Assembly: GCA_965277715.1 (NCBI GenBank)
Contig: OZ255836.1
Location: forward strand, 2,720,001-2,784,000
Length of the DNA: 64,000 bases
Direction: 5' to 3'
Origin: Gammaproteobacteria bacterium
GTDB taxonomy: Bacteria; Pseudomonadota; Gammaproteobacteria; JBCCGL01
Under the pieces are notes generated by a model. The model saw only the letters and a list, made by a program, of their open reading frames with translations. It had not been told where the DNA came from and ran no database searches. Made by a program: the position numbers and the translations under genes. Of this stretch, positions 32,546-42,908 are shown piece by piece. Position 1 is the first letter of the stretch. Every line of letters begins with the position of its first letter.

Positions 32546-34369
32546 CTACGCACTCATCGGTAATAACAGCGTATCAGCCACCGGCAGGTAAGTGCCTATT
32601 AATGTGCACAAAGCCTTCTCACCGACGGGCGGGCTATACAGATAACCCTGTATTTCATCACACCCCAAATCCCGTAAAATAGCGGCCTGCGTCTCTGTTT
32701 CAACACCCTCGGCAATCACTTTAAGGTGCAGGGATTTAGCGATTGAAATAACCGATGTGACAATCGCCAGGCTACTCGAACAGGTGGTTAAATCCGTGAT
32801 AAAAGACTGGTCTATTTTGAGGTAATCGACAGGGAATTGTGTGAGATAACTCAATGAGGAATAGCCGGTGCCAAAATCGTCAATAGCCAACTTTATCCCC
32901 AGACTCTTTAGTTTTTGCATGGAATTCAACACCTGCTCTACATTGTCAACCATCACACTTTCAGTAATTTCCAACTCAAGAAATTTTTCTGCTGCGACAT
33001 CAACTTCAGCAACAGCGCGGGCGATACGCTGATGAAATGTACTGGTTTGAATTTGATAAGGCGAGACATTGACCGCTAATAGAAAAGGCGGTTTCCCCCC
33101 GGCAGACAATCGCTGGGTTAGTCGGCAAACCTGCCCGATCACCCATTCACCTACCGGCACAATAAGGCCCGATGACTCCAGTAACGGGATAAAATCACTG
33201 GGTGATACAAACCCGCGAACAGGGTGTTGCCAGCGCAATAATACCTCTGCGGCTGTTACCAATTGTGTCTTGGCATTGACGCGGGGTTGAAAGTCGAGTG
33301 ATAACTCACCGTTTTCATATGCCTGGTGTAAATCATTGTTAAGTGATAATTTTGAGTTTGCATTGGAGTACGATGCATTATCGTAAAACACTATTTTTTT
33401 CTCGGTATTATTACGTGCCTTATGCATCGCGGATAAGGCACTTTCGATTAACTGTGGCGCACTGGAGCCGTGTTTGCCATAGACACTGATACCTGCACAG
33501 ATATTAAAATACGTTTTCCCCAAAGCACTATCCTGATCACTGTAAACAGGCTGAATAAGTCTTTGAGCAAATTCAAGTATTTCATCAGTAGAACCATTTT
33601 TTATCGTCGATATGCATAGGGCATCGGTGCGCACGCGGGCCATTATATCGCTCGATCGAAGTTTACGCTTTATTTGCCCGGCGATGCTGCGAATAATATT
33701 GTTGTACTGGTTCTTACCCAGACCCTCATTAAGCAACTCATGGTCGAGTATTCCAATTGCGATGAAGATGATCTTTTGATTTGAATACGTGCATCTTTCA
33801 ATACTTTTAACTGCCCCTTTTATTAATAATTTGTTGTTGGGTAAATCAGTTTCCATATCGTAGTACTGGCTTTTATCCAGCTTCTTTGTGGTGTCATCCA
33901 ATTGTGTTGATAAGTTGGAATTCAATAAATAGAGTTCGTTGTTGGCTTCGAGTAATTGCTCACTCAAAAACTGATTTTCCTGTTCCAGTGAATATAAACT
34001 GATGCACTCCTGGATGGCATTGGCAAGCGTAAAATTATCCCACGGCTTGGCAAAGAATTTATGTACTCCGCCGTCGTTAACGGCTGATATGACACCATTA
34101 ATATCGGCTTGTCCGGTGAGTAATATGCGTTTTGTCTCTGGTTTCATCTCGCGCACCAGAAATAAAAACTCAACGCCTGACATTTCCGGCATACGGTAAT
34201 CTGAAATAACCACCGCAATGGTTTGCCCGGCGATCAATTGGAGTGCACGGCTGGTGGAGGTTGTGGTGATAACAGTCAATGGCAGATACCGCAGGCAGCG
34301 CTTGAGTGCGTTGAGGACACTCTGCTCATCATCCACGCATAAAATCGTTTGTTCAGTGGCGTTTTGCAT
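32546..34369 (-). CDS. REC - degenerate GGDEF - EAL c-di-GMP phosphodiesterase
   Basis: VDDE...SDYRMP, RTDAL in place of GGDEF, EVLLRW, DDFGTGYSS. Start 34369 overlaps the upstream stop (TAATG). Confidence 0.88.
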   Translation of the reverse strand: MQNATEQTILCVDDEQSVLNALKRCLRYLPLTVITTTSTSRALQLIAGQTIAVVISDYRMPEMSGVEFLFLVREMKPETKRILLTGQADINGVISAVNDGGVHKFFAKPWDNFTLANAIQECISLYSLEQENQFLSEQLLEANNELYLLNSNLSTQLDDTTKKLDKSQYYDMETDLPNNKLLIKGAVKSIERCTYSNQKIIFIAIGILDHELLNEGLGKNQYNNIIRSIAGQIKRKLRSSDIMARVRTDALCISTIKNGSTDEILEFAQRLIQPVYSDQDSALGKTYFNICAGISVYGKHGSSAPQLIESALSAMHKARNNTEKKIVFYDNASYSNANSKLSLNNDLHQAYENGELSLDFQPRVNAKTQLVTAAEVLLRWQHPVRGFVSPSDFIPLLESSGLIVPVGEWVIGQVCRLTQRLSAGGKPPFLLAVNVSPYQIQTSTFHQRIARAVAEVDVAAEKFLELEITESVMVDNVEQVLNSMQKLKSLGIKLAIDDFGTGYSSLSYLTQFPVDYLKIDQSFITDLTTCSSSLAIVTSVISIAKSLHLKVIAEGVETETQAAILRDLGCDEIQGYLYSPPVGEKALCTLIGTYLPVADTLLLPMSA

Positions 34370-35772
34370 TAGTGATCGCTTGGCGGGGTCTGGGTGTTTC
34401 CGGCCACATAAATTATCCGTGACCCGCTGTCGTCCTCCAGACAAAGCTGGATGCGTTGTATCAATGATTCATTGAGTTGCTGGCCTTTTCTAAGCAATAA
34501 CATACCGTTATCGGCGGTAATATCCCTGGTCACCACCAGGCCGGGCACCAGATCCTGATGGTTGACTTTCATTTCTTTCAAGGTGCGTGTTTGCCCTGAG
34601 AGAGCGTTGATCACTCTGCAAAAGACGTTGACTACCTGTGGGTCGTAGCGGTTGTTTACCTGGTTTTTGATATAGGCGACGGCTTCAGCCTGCGATAACT
34701 GATCGCCGAGGAAAATGCCGTTTTGCAGATCATCGAAGTCGCTGGCGACAGCGAGGATACGTGCGCCGAGTGGAATATCCTCACCGCTGAGCCCATCGGG
34801 GAAGCCTTTGCCATTGTAGTACTCATGGTGTGAACGAATAATGATGCCGGTTTTGTCCAGGGCGTTGATAGAGAGCAGTGCGGCCTGGCCGATGCGGGGG
34901 TGTGACTGGTAGTGTTCCTGTTGCTCTTTATCCAGGCGGTTGTAGGGGGTTGTGCTCAGTTCATCTGAAAAGCCGAGCTTGCCTATATCGTGTAGTAACG
35001 CTGCATTGGCAAGGTCAGATAAAGCATCGTCATCCAGATTGAGTGCTTTGCCGATAGCCTCTGATAAGGTGGCAACGTGTTGCCCGTGCAATGAAGAGCG
35101 GCCCTCGCGCAATTCAATCAACTGTGAAAATACCGAGATCGAATGTTTATAGCTCTCTTTGAGCTGGGCAAACGATTTATTTAACAGTTTGGTTGCTTTG
35201 GCAATTTCCAGTGTGCGCGCTTTGACCTTTGTTTCAAGGTTTTCATTGAGATCGACCAATTCGCTGTTTTGCTTTTGGGTCAGGGCGGTCAGCACCGCGT
35301 GTTCATCGCGGAGTTTTTTGTGTTCGAGTGCTGAGTTGATAGTGACGACCAGCTCATCATTGTTCCAGGGTTTTGATATATAACGGTAAATTTGTGCCTT
35401 GTTGATTGCCGCGACGGTTGATTCCATGTCGGAATAGCCGGTCAATAAAATACGCAGTGTGTTGGGCCAGCGATTGAATACGTTGCCTAGTAGCTCGGCA
35501 CCGTCCATGTTGGGCATGCGCATATCTGAGATGATTAAATCGATCCCGCGCCCGGCCATTATGTCGAGTGCCTCCTGGCCGCTATTGGCGATAAGTAATT
35601 GGTAGGGTTGTTTGCGCAGTGCGCGTTTTAGGGAAGTTAGGATGCTTTGCTCATCATCCACGCAGAGTACTACCGGTTGGGGTGCCTGCCCGGTGTTTTG
35701 CAACCTGGTGTTTTGCAACCCCGGGTCCTGTGGTGTGGGGTCTTGCGTATGTGGCGTTGTCGTTGAATCCAT
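34369..35772 (-). CDS. REC-HD-GYP phosphodiesterase response regulator
   Basis: VDDE...SDMRMP, LLHDIGK, HHEYYNGKGFPDGL. Confidence 0.9.
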   Translation of the reverse strand: MDSTTTPHTQDPTPQDPGLQNTRLQNTGQAPQPVVLCVDDEQSILTSLKRALRKQPYQLLIANSGQEALDIMAGRGIDLIISDMRMPNMDGAELLGNVFNRWPNTLRILLTGYSDMESTVAAINKAQIYRYISKPWNNDELVVTINSALEHKKLRDEHAVLTALTQKQNSELVDLNENLETKVKARTLEIAKATKLLNKSFAQLKESYKHSISVFSQLIELREGRSSLHGQHVATLSEAIGKALNLDDDALSDLANAALLHDIGKLGFSDELSTTPYNRLDKEQQEHYQSHPRIGQAALLSINALDKTGIIIRSHHEYYNGKGFPDGLSGEDIPLGARILAVASDFDDLQNGIFLGDQLSQAEAVAYIKNQVNNRYDPQVVNVFCRVINALSGQTRTLKEMKVNHQDLVPGLVVTRDITADNGMLLLRKGQQLNESLIQRIQLCLEDDSGSRIIYVAGNTQTPPSDH

Positions 35773-36017
35773 TGGTGTTTCTCTATAATGGGGGCGCCTG
35801 AGGCGATACGTTTGGGCAGTTGCTTACTGTATCGGCGGTTGTGCAGAATAATTTAGAGGGGGTTTTGGGTAGTGTGTTGATCGGTTTGAGATTGGGGTGT
35901 GGTGGCGCCCCGCTGATTAATACAGGTGTACGCCAACCGTTTTGATGGAATGTAGATTCAAGTATTTTATTCGGTAGCCGACAACACTATTCCATGTGCC
36001 TACCTGGATAAGCTCCT

Positions 36018-36836
36018 ATGAATAAAATAGCCGCGTTGGTTATCGCGTTTACCTTGTCACTGCCTGCAATGGCGCAGGCAGAATCACTCACCTTTAGTGT
36101 AGTGCCACAACAATCAGCCAGTAAGTTGGCACGACTTTGGTCGCCGGTGCTGGCTTATCTCAGTGAAAAATCTGGCGTGAAGCTGCAATTTACGACAGCT
36201 AAAGACATACCGACGTTTGAAAAACGCCTGTCAGAGGGGCGTTATGATATCTCTTATATGAACCCCTATCACTATACGGTGTTTAATCGACAGCCAGGGT
36301 ATGTTGCCTTTGCACGCCAAAAAGATAAGAAAATTAAAGGCATTGTTGTCGTGCGAAAAGACAGCCCGTTAACTGAGCTGTCCCAGTTGGCAGATGAAAA
36401 CCTGGCGTTTCCGTCACCGGCGGCTTTTGCGGCCAGTGTGTTGCCTCGCGCCCAATTGCAACGGGAAAATATTCACTACCAACCAAAATATGTGTCTTCA
36501 CATGATTCGGTTTACCTCGGTGTGTCCAGAGGGGTGTTCCCTGCCGGTGGTGGCGTCATGCGCACCTTTAATAACACTGACCCCGCTGTGCGGGAGAGCC
36601 TTAAAGTATTGTGGACAACCAATACCTATACCCCCCATGCCATCGCTGCACACCCAAGGGTCTCTGCGCATACCGTCGCCAAAGTACAACAGGCGATGCT
36701 GGGTATGAATGATGACCCGGCGGGACAGGCACTGTTAAAAACCATTAACTTTAAAGGGATGCAAGCTGCCGTTAATGACGACTGGAACGATGTGCGCGAC
36801 CTCGGCATTGCGCTACTCGATCAACTGGTAAAATAA
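36018..36836 (+). CDS. PhnD-like phosphate/phosphonate substrate-binding protein with no adjacent transporter
   Basis: Signal peptide, VVPQQS, YMNPYHY, SHDSVY. Confidence 0.82.
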   Translation: MNKIAALVIAFTLSLPAMAQAESLTFSVVPQQSASKLARLWSPVLAYLSEKSGVKLQFTTAKDIPTFEKRLSEGRYDISYMNPYHYTVFNRQPGYVAFARQKDKKIKGIVVVRKDSPLTELSQLADENLAFPSPAAFAASVLPRAQLQRENIHYQPKYVSSHDSVYLGVSRGVFPAGGGVMRTFNNTDPAVRESLKVLWTTNTYTPHAIAAHPRVSAHTVAKVQQAMLGMNDDPAGQALLKTINFKGMQAAVNDDWNDVRDLGIALLDQLVK

Positions 36837-36875
36837 ACTGTCAGTACGCACAGGCGGTTGCATGTTGGATAGCAC

Positions 36876-38507
36876 ATGTCGCTCAGGCTAAAAACCATAT
36901 TGGGGGTCGCGGCCATTGAGGCTGTTCTGCTGGTATTCTTGGTGAGCACAGTGCTGCGCTATATGCAGAATACTAACGAGGAGGGTTTGATCCAGCGCGC
37001 CGAAACGGTGGCGTCGCTGTTTGCCACCACCTCAAAAGATGCCGTGCTGTCGTATGACCTGGCCTCGCTGGAAACGTTTTCCAGCGAGGTAATGAAAAAC
37101 CCCGGCATGGTATATGCCCGCGTTATAGGGCCAGATGATGCGCTATTTGCCGAGGCGGGGGATAAACAGCAACTCAGCAAACGCTTTAAAGCCGACAGTA
37201 CCTTGCAGGGAGTAACGGGCAGTGTGTTTAACAGTTACGCAGATATTGAGGAAAGCGGGATTGTTTATGGTCGTGTAGAGGTGGGTATCAGTACCCAAAG
37301 CATCGATGTGGCGATTGCCGAGGCGCAACAATTGAGTGCGATTATCGCCGTGATTGAGATGTGCCTGGTGGCGTTGTTCTCCTATTTTCTGGGTGCTTAT
37401 TTAACCGGGCAGTTGAAATCGCTACGCCATGCGGCGCGCTCAATTTCCAAAGGCGAGCTGAATGTGGAAGTACCGATAAAAGGTAAGGATGAGATTGCCG
37501 AAGTGGCCAGTGCATTTAATCGCATGGCGGTCAACCTCAAGGCGTTTCGCAGCAAGCGGGACGAGCACGAAAAAGCGTTACAGGAACTCAATCAATCGCT
37601 TGAAGACCGCGTTGCCAGGCGCACCGCCACACTGGAAGAAAAACACCGGGAATTATCGTGCGCTTATGAGAAAATCAAAAAGGCTCAGGCGCAATTGCTG
37701 CAATCAGAGAAAATGGCCTCGGTGGGGCAGTTGGCGGCTGGCGTGGCCCATGAAATCAATAACCCGGTGGGTTTTGTCAGTAGCAACCTTGAGTCGTTGC
37801 AGGGTTATATCACCCTGTATCAAACCCTGCTTGAGCAGTATGCCGCCTACCTCAACAGTAACGATGAAGGTGAACGTGCGCGCATCGCCGGGGAGATACG
37901 GCAACTCTCTGAGGAAGAGGATGTCGACTTTGTTCACGAAGATATTACCGCCTTACTCAGCGATTCAATCGAGGGGGCAACGCGTGTGCGCGATATTGTC
38001 CAGGGCCTGAAAGATTTTTCACACGTCGATAACAGTGAGCGTCAACTGACCGACATTAATAAGTGCATCGAATCCACCTTAAAAATGGCTAACAATGAAC
38101 TGAAATACCGCTGTGAAGTGAAAACAGATTTACAGTCATTGCCGGATATCCCCTGTAATCCAGGACAACTAAACCAGGTATTACTCAATCTGGTCGTTAA
38201 CGCCAGCCATGCAATTGAAGACAAGGGGGTGATTGATATCACCACCCAGCACTGCAGTGAGCATGTCGAAATCAGGATAAAGGACAATGGCAAAGGTATT
38301 TCTCAGGAAAATATCGATAAGTTGTTTGATCCCTTTTTTACCACCAAGCCGGTTGGCCAGGGCACCGGGCTGGGCCTGGCGATTGTGTACGGTATTATTC
38401 AGGATCACGCGGGCGATATTCTGGTCGAGAGTGAGGTGGGGGTTGGCACGCAGTTCCTTATTCGGTTGCCAGTTGTCGCGGCGGAGGCTATTGTGCAGGC
38501 GGCTTAA
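36876..38507 (+). CDS. HAMP sensor histidine kinase (NtrB-like)
   Basis: Two TM segments, HAMP, GVAHEINNP, DNGKG, PFFTTK, GTGLGL. Confidence 0.92.
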   Translation: MSLRLKTILGVAAIEAVLLVFLVSTVLRYMQNTNEEGLIQRAETVASLFATTSKDAVLSYDLASLETFSSEVMKNPGMVYARVIGPDDALFAEAGDKQQLSKRFKADSTLQGVTGSVFNSYADIEESGIVYGRVEVGISTQSIDVAIAEAQQLSAIIAVIEMCLVALFSYFLGAYLTGQLKSLRHAARSISKGELNVEVPIKGKDEIAEVASAFNRMAVNLKAFRSKRDEHEKALQELNQSLEDRVARRTATLEEKHRELSCAYEKIKKAQAQLLQSEKMASVGQLAAGVAHEINNPVGFVSSNLESLQGYITLYQTLLEQYAAYLNSNDEGERARIAGEIRQLSEEEDVDFVHEDITALLSDSIEGATRVRDIVQGLKDFSHVDNSERQLTDINKCIESTLKMANNELKYRCEVKTDLQSLPDIPCNPGQLNQVLLNLVVNASHAIEDKGVIDITTQHCSEHVEIRIKDNGKGISQENIDKLFDPFFTTKPVGQGTGLGLAIVYGIIQDHAGDILVESEVGVGTQFLIRLPVVAAEAIVQAA

Positions 38508-38527
38508 ACGTAACGCGGTCTATTGGA

Positions 38528-39958
38528 ATGCATCTATCTGAATACACTGAATTTGACGGTATCGGGCTTGCTGCCGCGATTAAGCGGGGTGACTTTTCCC
38601 GTGAAGAGGTAGTGGAGGCATCGATTGCGGCTATCGATGCGTTCAACCCTCACCTGAATGCTGTCGTGATAAAAAACTTTGCCCCGGCACGCAAGGTGTC
38701 GACAGCGGCCATCGATGGCCCTTTATCTGGCGTACCCTTTTTACTCAAAGACGTTAACGTGTTTTCACACGATATGCCGACGACGTTTTCCAGCCGTTTT
38801 TTTAGTACAGTGCCAGCGAAACCGGACAGCGAAATTGTGCAGTGCTGGCGACAGGCCGGGCTAGTGATCATGGGTAAAACCAATACCCCGGAGTTTGCCG
38901 AAGATTATGTGTGTGAGCCGACCTTTCGCGGGCCGACACTCAACCCCTGGAACCCTGCCCTGACCGTTGGTGGTAGCAGTGGTGGTGCTGGCGCTGCGGT
39001 AGCAGCGGCTATGGTGCCCATCGCGCACGGCACCGATTTGGGCGGGTCTATCCGTATTCCCGCCGCGTGCTGTGGGGTTTTTGGGTTTAAACCGACGAGT
39101 GGCCTTAGCCCGGTCGATGCGGGTGCCGCAGAAATTGCCAGCGGCTTTAATGCAGACCATGTGTTGACCCGCAGTGTGCGAGATAGCGCCGCCGTGCTCG
39201 ATATAACGGCCAAACCACTACTGGGTAGCCGTTATCGGGTGGTGCCACAGGTGGCCTCGTACCTCGATTGCCTGCAAACACCGCTGCCCGCGCTACGCAT
39301 TGGTGTCTGCGTGCAAACCCCTACTGGCGAAACCGTGCCTGAGCGTCAGCAGCAGGCGGTGCAAAAAGTCAGCAAGCTACTTGAGGCCAGTGGCCATGAA
39401 CTGTTTGAGTATCAGTACCCCAGTGATCTGGATCTTGGCAGTTGGTCAGAAACGCTGTGGATGCTGGATGTCGTCTACGAAATTGAGCGGCAGATTGCGG
39501 CAATGGGTCGCGAGCCGGCATACGATGAGCAAGAGGCACTCACGCGCTATCTACGCGCCCGCGTCAGCACCATGACCGCCATGCAACACCATGAGGCGCG
39601 CCTGCGCGCCCACGGCAACAGCGTTAAACTGATGCAATCGATGGCGAATATGGATCTGTTATTGACCCCCGCATTGGGCAGTGACCCCATCCCACTGGGT
39701 TCGCTTGACAGCCGCACAGAGGCCTTTGATTATGAAACCTGGGCAAACCGGGGCTACGCCTTTGCGCCGTTTGCGCAGGTGTGTAACTTCACCGGTCAGC
39801 CAGCGGCATCACTGCCGGTGCAATTGACCAAAAACACCTTACCCTGTGCCGTGCAACTGGCGGGGCACACCTGCCAGGATCACCATGTGCTACAAGTCTC
39901 AGCGCAACTGGAAGAGGCACTTGGGTGGTGTGATTACCGGCCACCGATGAATATATAG
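38528..39958 (+). CDS. Amidase-signature family protein
   Basis: LLKD, GGSSGG, TDLGGSIRIPA. Confidence 0.9.
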   Translation: MHLSEYTEFDGIGLAAAIKRGDFSREEVVEASIAAIDAFNPHLNAVVIKNFAPARKVSTAAIDGPLSGVPFLLKDVNVFSHDMPTTFSSRFFSTVPAKPDSEIVQCWRQAGLVIMGKTNTPEFAEDYVCEPTFRGPTLNPWNPALTVGGSSGGAGAAVAAAMVPIAHGTDLGGSIRIPAACCGVFGFKPTSGLSPVDAGAAEIASGFNADHVLTRSVRDSAAVLDITAKPLLGSRYRVVPQVASYLDCLQTPLPALRIGVCVQTPTGETVPERQQQAVQKVSKLLEASGHELFEYQYPSDLDLGSWSETLWMLDVVYEIERQIAAMGREPAYDEQEALTRYLRARVSTMTAMQHHEARLRAHGNSVKLMQSMANMDLLLTPALGSDPIPLGSLDSRTEAFDYETWANRGYAFAPFAQVCNFTGQPAASLPVQLTKNTLPCAVQLAGHTCQDHHVLQVSAQLEEALGWCDYRPPMNI

Positions 39959-40013
39959 ACCAACCCAATAATCAATTGAACCCACTATAACTACTGAATG
40001 CACTGAAACCCCA

Positions 40014-41129
40014 TTGACAGCTTTAACCCCACAATCACACTACCAGCAGTTGCTGGATAGTGGCGAGTTTGAATACGACCCGGCTCAAGCGATCATTGTC
40101 GGTCACCTCGACCGCCTTCACCACGATCTGGTCGACGGATTGAATGCCGATAATACCGGCATCGCACGGTTTTTCTCGCTACTGAGTGGCACGCGCAGAG
40201 GGCGGGTAGTGCCGCGTGGCCTGTATATCTGGGGAGGCGTTGGCCGGGGTAAAACCCACCTGCTGGATATGTTTGTCGACGGCCTGCCATTTGACGACAA
40301 ACTGCGCGTACACTTTCACCGTTTTATGCGCCTGGTGCACGATGAACTCAATACCCTAAAAGGCGTGAGCGACCCGCTGGAAATTGTCGCCGAACGGTTT
40401 GCCAGTCGCACCCGCATCCTCTGCCTGGATGAAATGCAAGTCAGCGACATTACTGACGCGATGCTGATGGCGGGTTTATTCAAAGGCCTGTTCGAGCGCG
40501 GTGTGGCGCTGGTGACCACCTCCAACATCGCCCCGGACAACCTGTACCGCGATGGTCTGCAACGCCAGCGTTTTGTGCCCGCTATTGAATTGATTAAAAC
40601 CTACACCGATGTGGTGAATATGGACGGCGAGCTGGACTACCGATTGCGCGCCCTGGAGCAGGCTGAGATTTACCACACACCGCTGGATGCCGATACCGAT
40701 CAATTGTTGGAGGAAAATTTTCACACCATTGCCGCTGTTGAGCGGCACCGTGGTTCGTCTTCTATCATCGTCAACCACCGTGAAATCCCCGTCGTTATGT
40801 GGGCGGATGGCATCGCCTGGTTTGAGTTTTCAACCTTGTGCAATACCCCGCGCTCGAAAGACGACTACATCGAAATCGCGCAATACTTTCACAGCGTTAT
40901 CGTGGGCAACATTCCACAAATGGGCAAAATGCACGACGATGCAGCGCGGCGTTTCGTCAATATGATCGATGAATTTTACGACCGCAATATCAAGTTGATC
41001 GTCTCGGCTGACGTACCACCGGAACAACTTTATACAGGGTCGCGTTTAGGTTTTGAATTTGAACGAACGGTCAGCCGGTTGCGTGAAATGCAGTCGCTGG
41101 CGTATTTGTCGCAGGTGCATTTGAAGTAG
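40014..41129 (+). CDS. zapE: Cell division ATPase ZapE
   Basis: GLYIWGGVGRGKT, LDEMQVSDITDAM, RRFVNMIDEFYD. Confidence 0.93.
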   Translation: MTALTPQSHYQQLLDSGEFEYDPAQAIIVGHLDRLHHDLVDGLNADNTGIARFFSLLSGTRRGRVVPRGLYIWGGVGRGKTHLLDMFVDGLPFDDKLRVHFHRFMRLVHDELNTLKGVSDPLEIVAERFASRTRILCLDEMQVSDITDAMLMAGLFKGLFERGVALVTTSNIAPDNLYRDGLQRQRFVPAIELIKTYTDVVNMDGELDYRLRALEQAEIYHTPLDADTDQLLEENFHTIAAVERHRGSSSIIVNHREIPVVMWADGIAWFEFSTLCNTPRSKDDYIEIAQYFHSVIVGNIPQMGKMHDDAARRFVNMIDEFYDRNIKLIVSADVPPEQLYTGSRLGFEFERTVSRLREMQSLAYLSQVHLK

Positions 41130-41250
41130 GTTAAGGGTTTAACCCAGGTTTGACACTGACGTTTTGCGGGGTGCACTCCACCGCGCTCAGAGATACCCCA
41201 CAAATCGACTTTATTGACGTGGCAGGCTTTCGTGTATTTTAGTATCAAAT

Positions 41251-42078
41251 TTACATTACCCTGGCTGTTCCAGAAATACGAATCGAACTACCACGGACAG
41301 GCGGTATTTCTGCTCTTAACAGAGAGCGCATACCCATATCCTCACCTTGTATTACATCTATCACGCCCTTGTGTGGCCATTCAATATCACGTAGATAACC
41401 AGCAAAGGCAGCCGTTGCAGCACCTGTTGCCGGATCTTCGTAAACGCCACCTGACGCAAATGGGTTACGCGTATGAAAACGTTGCGGTGTTTCTGCATAG
41501 GCTAAAAGGATAGTCACCAATTCCGCTCGATTCATCAGGTCGCGACCCAACGCAAAGTCGTACGCCATAGTGGCTAAAGCTTCTCGTGTCCTCAGCCCAA
41601 ACACGAGATGGTTTGCACCCGCATTTACAAAAGCGGGCGGAATATCAGGATCCAGATCGTCTTTTGTATAGCCAAACAAATCGAGCGCCTCCGCGACCAA
41701 TTGAGGCGACGCCTCCGTGCTGTACGTAGATGGCGACTGTAGTGCGGCTGATACAATGCCGTCATGTCGGCGGCCTTCAACCGTAATATCAGCGTCATTC
41801 AGTACCAGATTGAAAATGCCATCGCCTTTATCGAGGGCTAAAGCCGCACCGAGAGCAATTGTCGCATGACCACAAAAAGACACCTCAGATTCAAGCGAAA
41901 AATAGCGAACGCGAAAAGCTCCGTTAACGGGAGCTGCAAACGCTGTCTCTGAAAAACCCACTTCAACCGCAATTTTCTGCATATCGGCATCACTGGGGTG
42001 GCTTTCAGAAATTAAAACACCAGCGGGATTTCCACCTTTATCGCCATCTGAAAAAGCAGCAATCTTTTGAGTATTCAT
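41251..42078 (-). CDS. PhzF-family epimerase/isomerase
   Basis: GGNPAGV, FSETAF, FCGHAT, EDPATGAA. Confidence 0.9.
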   Translation of the reverse strand: MNTQKIAAFSDGDKGGNPAGVLISESHPSDADMQKIAVEVGFSETAFAAPVNGAFRVRYFSLESEVSFCGHATIALGAALALDKGDGIFNLVLNDADITVEGRRHDGIVSAALQSPSTYSTEASPQLVAEALDLFGYTKDDLDPDIPPAFVNAGANHLVFGLRTREALATMAYDFALGRDLMNRAELVTILLAYAETPQRFHTRNPFASGGVYEDPATGAATAAFAGYLRDIEWPHKGVIDVIQGEDMGMRSLLRAEIPPVRGSSIRISGTARVM

Positions 42079-42289
42079 AGCACTTTACCTTTCCGGTTCA
42101 CGATTCATAAGAATGGCACTTGACAATATACTACACAGGCTCCTGATATGTAGTGACTTGTGTGCAAGTTAATACATGGGGTCTAAACCTACTTTGGAGG
42201 AATGAGAAAAGCCCGCATTGCCTGCACTGTAAGGAGGTTTACCTTCTATTTGACGGTTATTAATCACCTGGCAGGCCTCACTGAATCGG

Positions 42290-42458
42290 CGGCAACCCCT
42301 GTTCTTTTTGCGCAGCCAATTCGTAGTTATCAGAGATAGCGCAAAAACAAAAACGACAGCATATAGTCGCGAAAGTCATCGGCATTCATCGCGCCGCGTA
42401 GCTGATCGGCAATATCCCAGAGGGTTTTACCGAGGTGGTTGAGTTGTTCTTGGGTCAT
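42290..42458 (-). pseudogene. Type I restriction-modification HsdM N-terminal remnant
   Basis: Manual translation from ATG 42458 gives MTQEQLNHLGKTLWDIADQLRGAMNADDFRDYMLSFLFLRYL, then a frameshift (DNYELAAQKE continues in another frame). End is approximate. Confidence 0.75.
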
Positions 42459-42850
42459 GGTGCGTCGTGTGTTGCCAGGTTGCTAATCGATTGAGCGATG
42501 TTTGATCTTATTTTCCAACGCCTTGAGCTCTGCTTCATCGGCTTGGTCGGCCTCCAGCGCCTCTTGCGCTTTGCGGCGTTGATCAAAGCCAATATAAAAC
42601 TCGCTGGTCTGTAGAGTTTGGTTCGGTAGGCCTTGCCGTCCGAGGCAGTTGTCAAGGATTCCTTGACAACTGCCTCGGGAGTCAACTCGCCACCAGCAAA
42701 GATGTTTTTCAAGTGCAGCGCAATGTTCTGCTTGGTGGCATTGAACAGTTCCGCCATTTCCAGTTGGGTCAGCCAGGCCGTATCACCCTGCGCCCGCAAC
42801 TGGATCTTGCCGCTACCGTCTTCCGTGGTGTAGAGGATGAGTTCGCTCAT
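42455..42850 (-). pseudogene. RhuM-family DNA-binding protein remnant with a large internal deletion
   Basis: N-terminus ELILY...WLTQLEMAELF...HLKNIF...DGKAYRTKLY is fused out of frame to a C-terminal piece EFYIGFDQRRKAQEALEAD. Confidence 0.78.
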
Positions 42851-42908
42851 ACACCCACCGCCTTCGTACGTTCTCTTTTCAACAACTTGATGTTAGCGTT
42901 AACAGGCA

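Noticed and set aside
35690-35750. Short tandem repeats (GGTGTTTTGCAACC twice) at the HD-GYP N-terminus as a phase-variation switch
   Set aside because: Only two in-frame 15-bp units, in a disordered leader.
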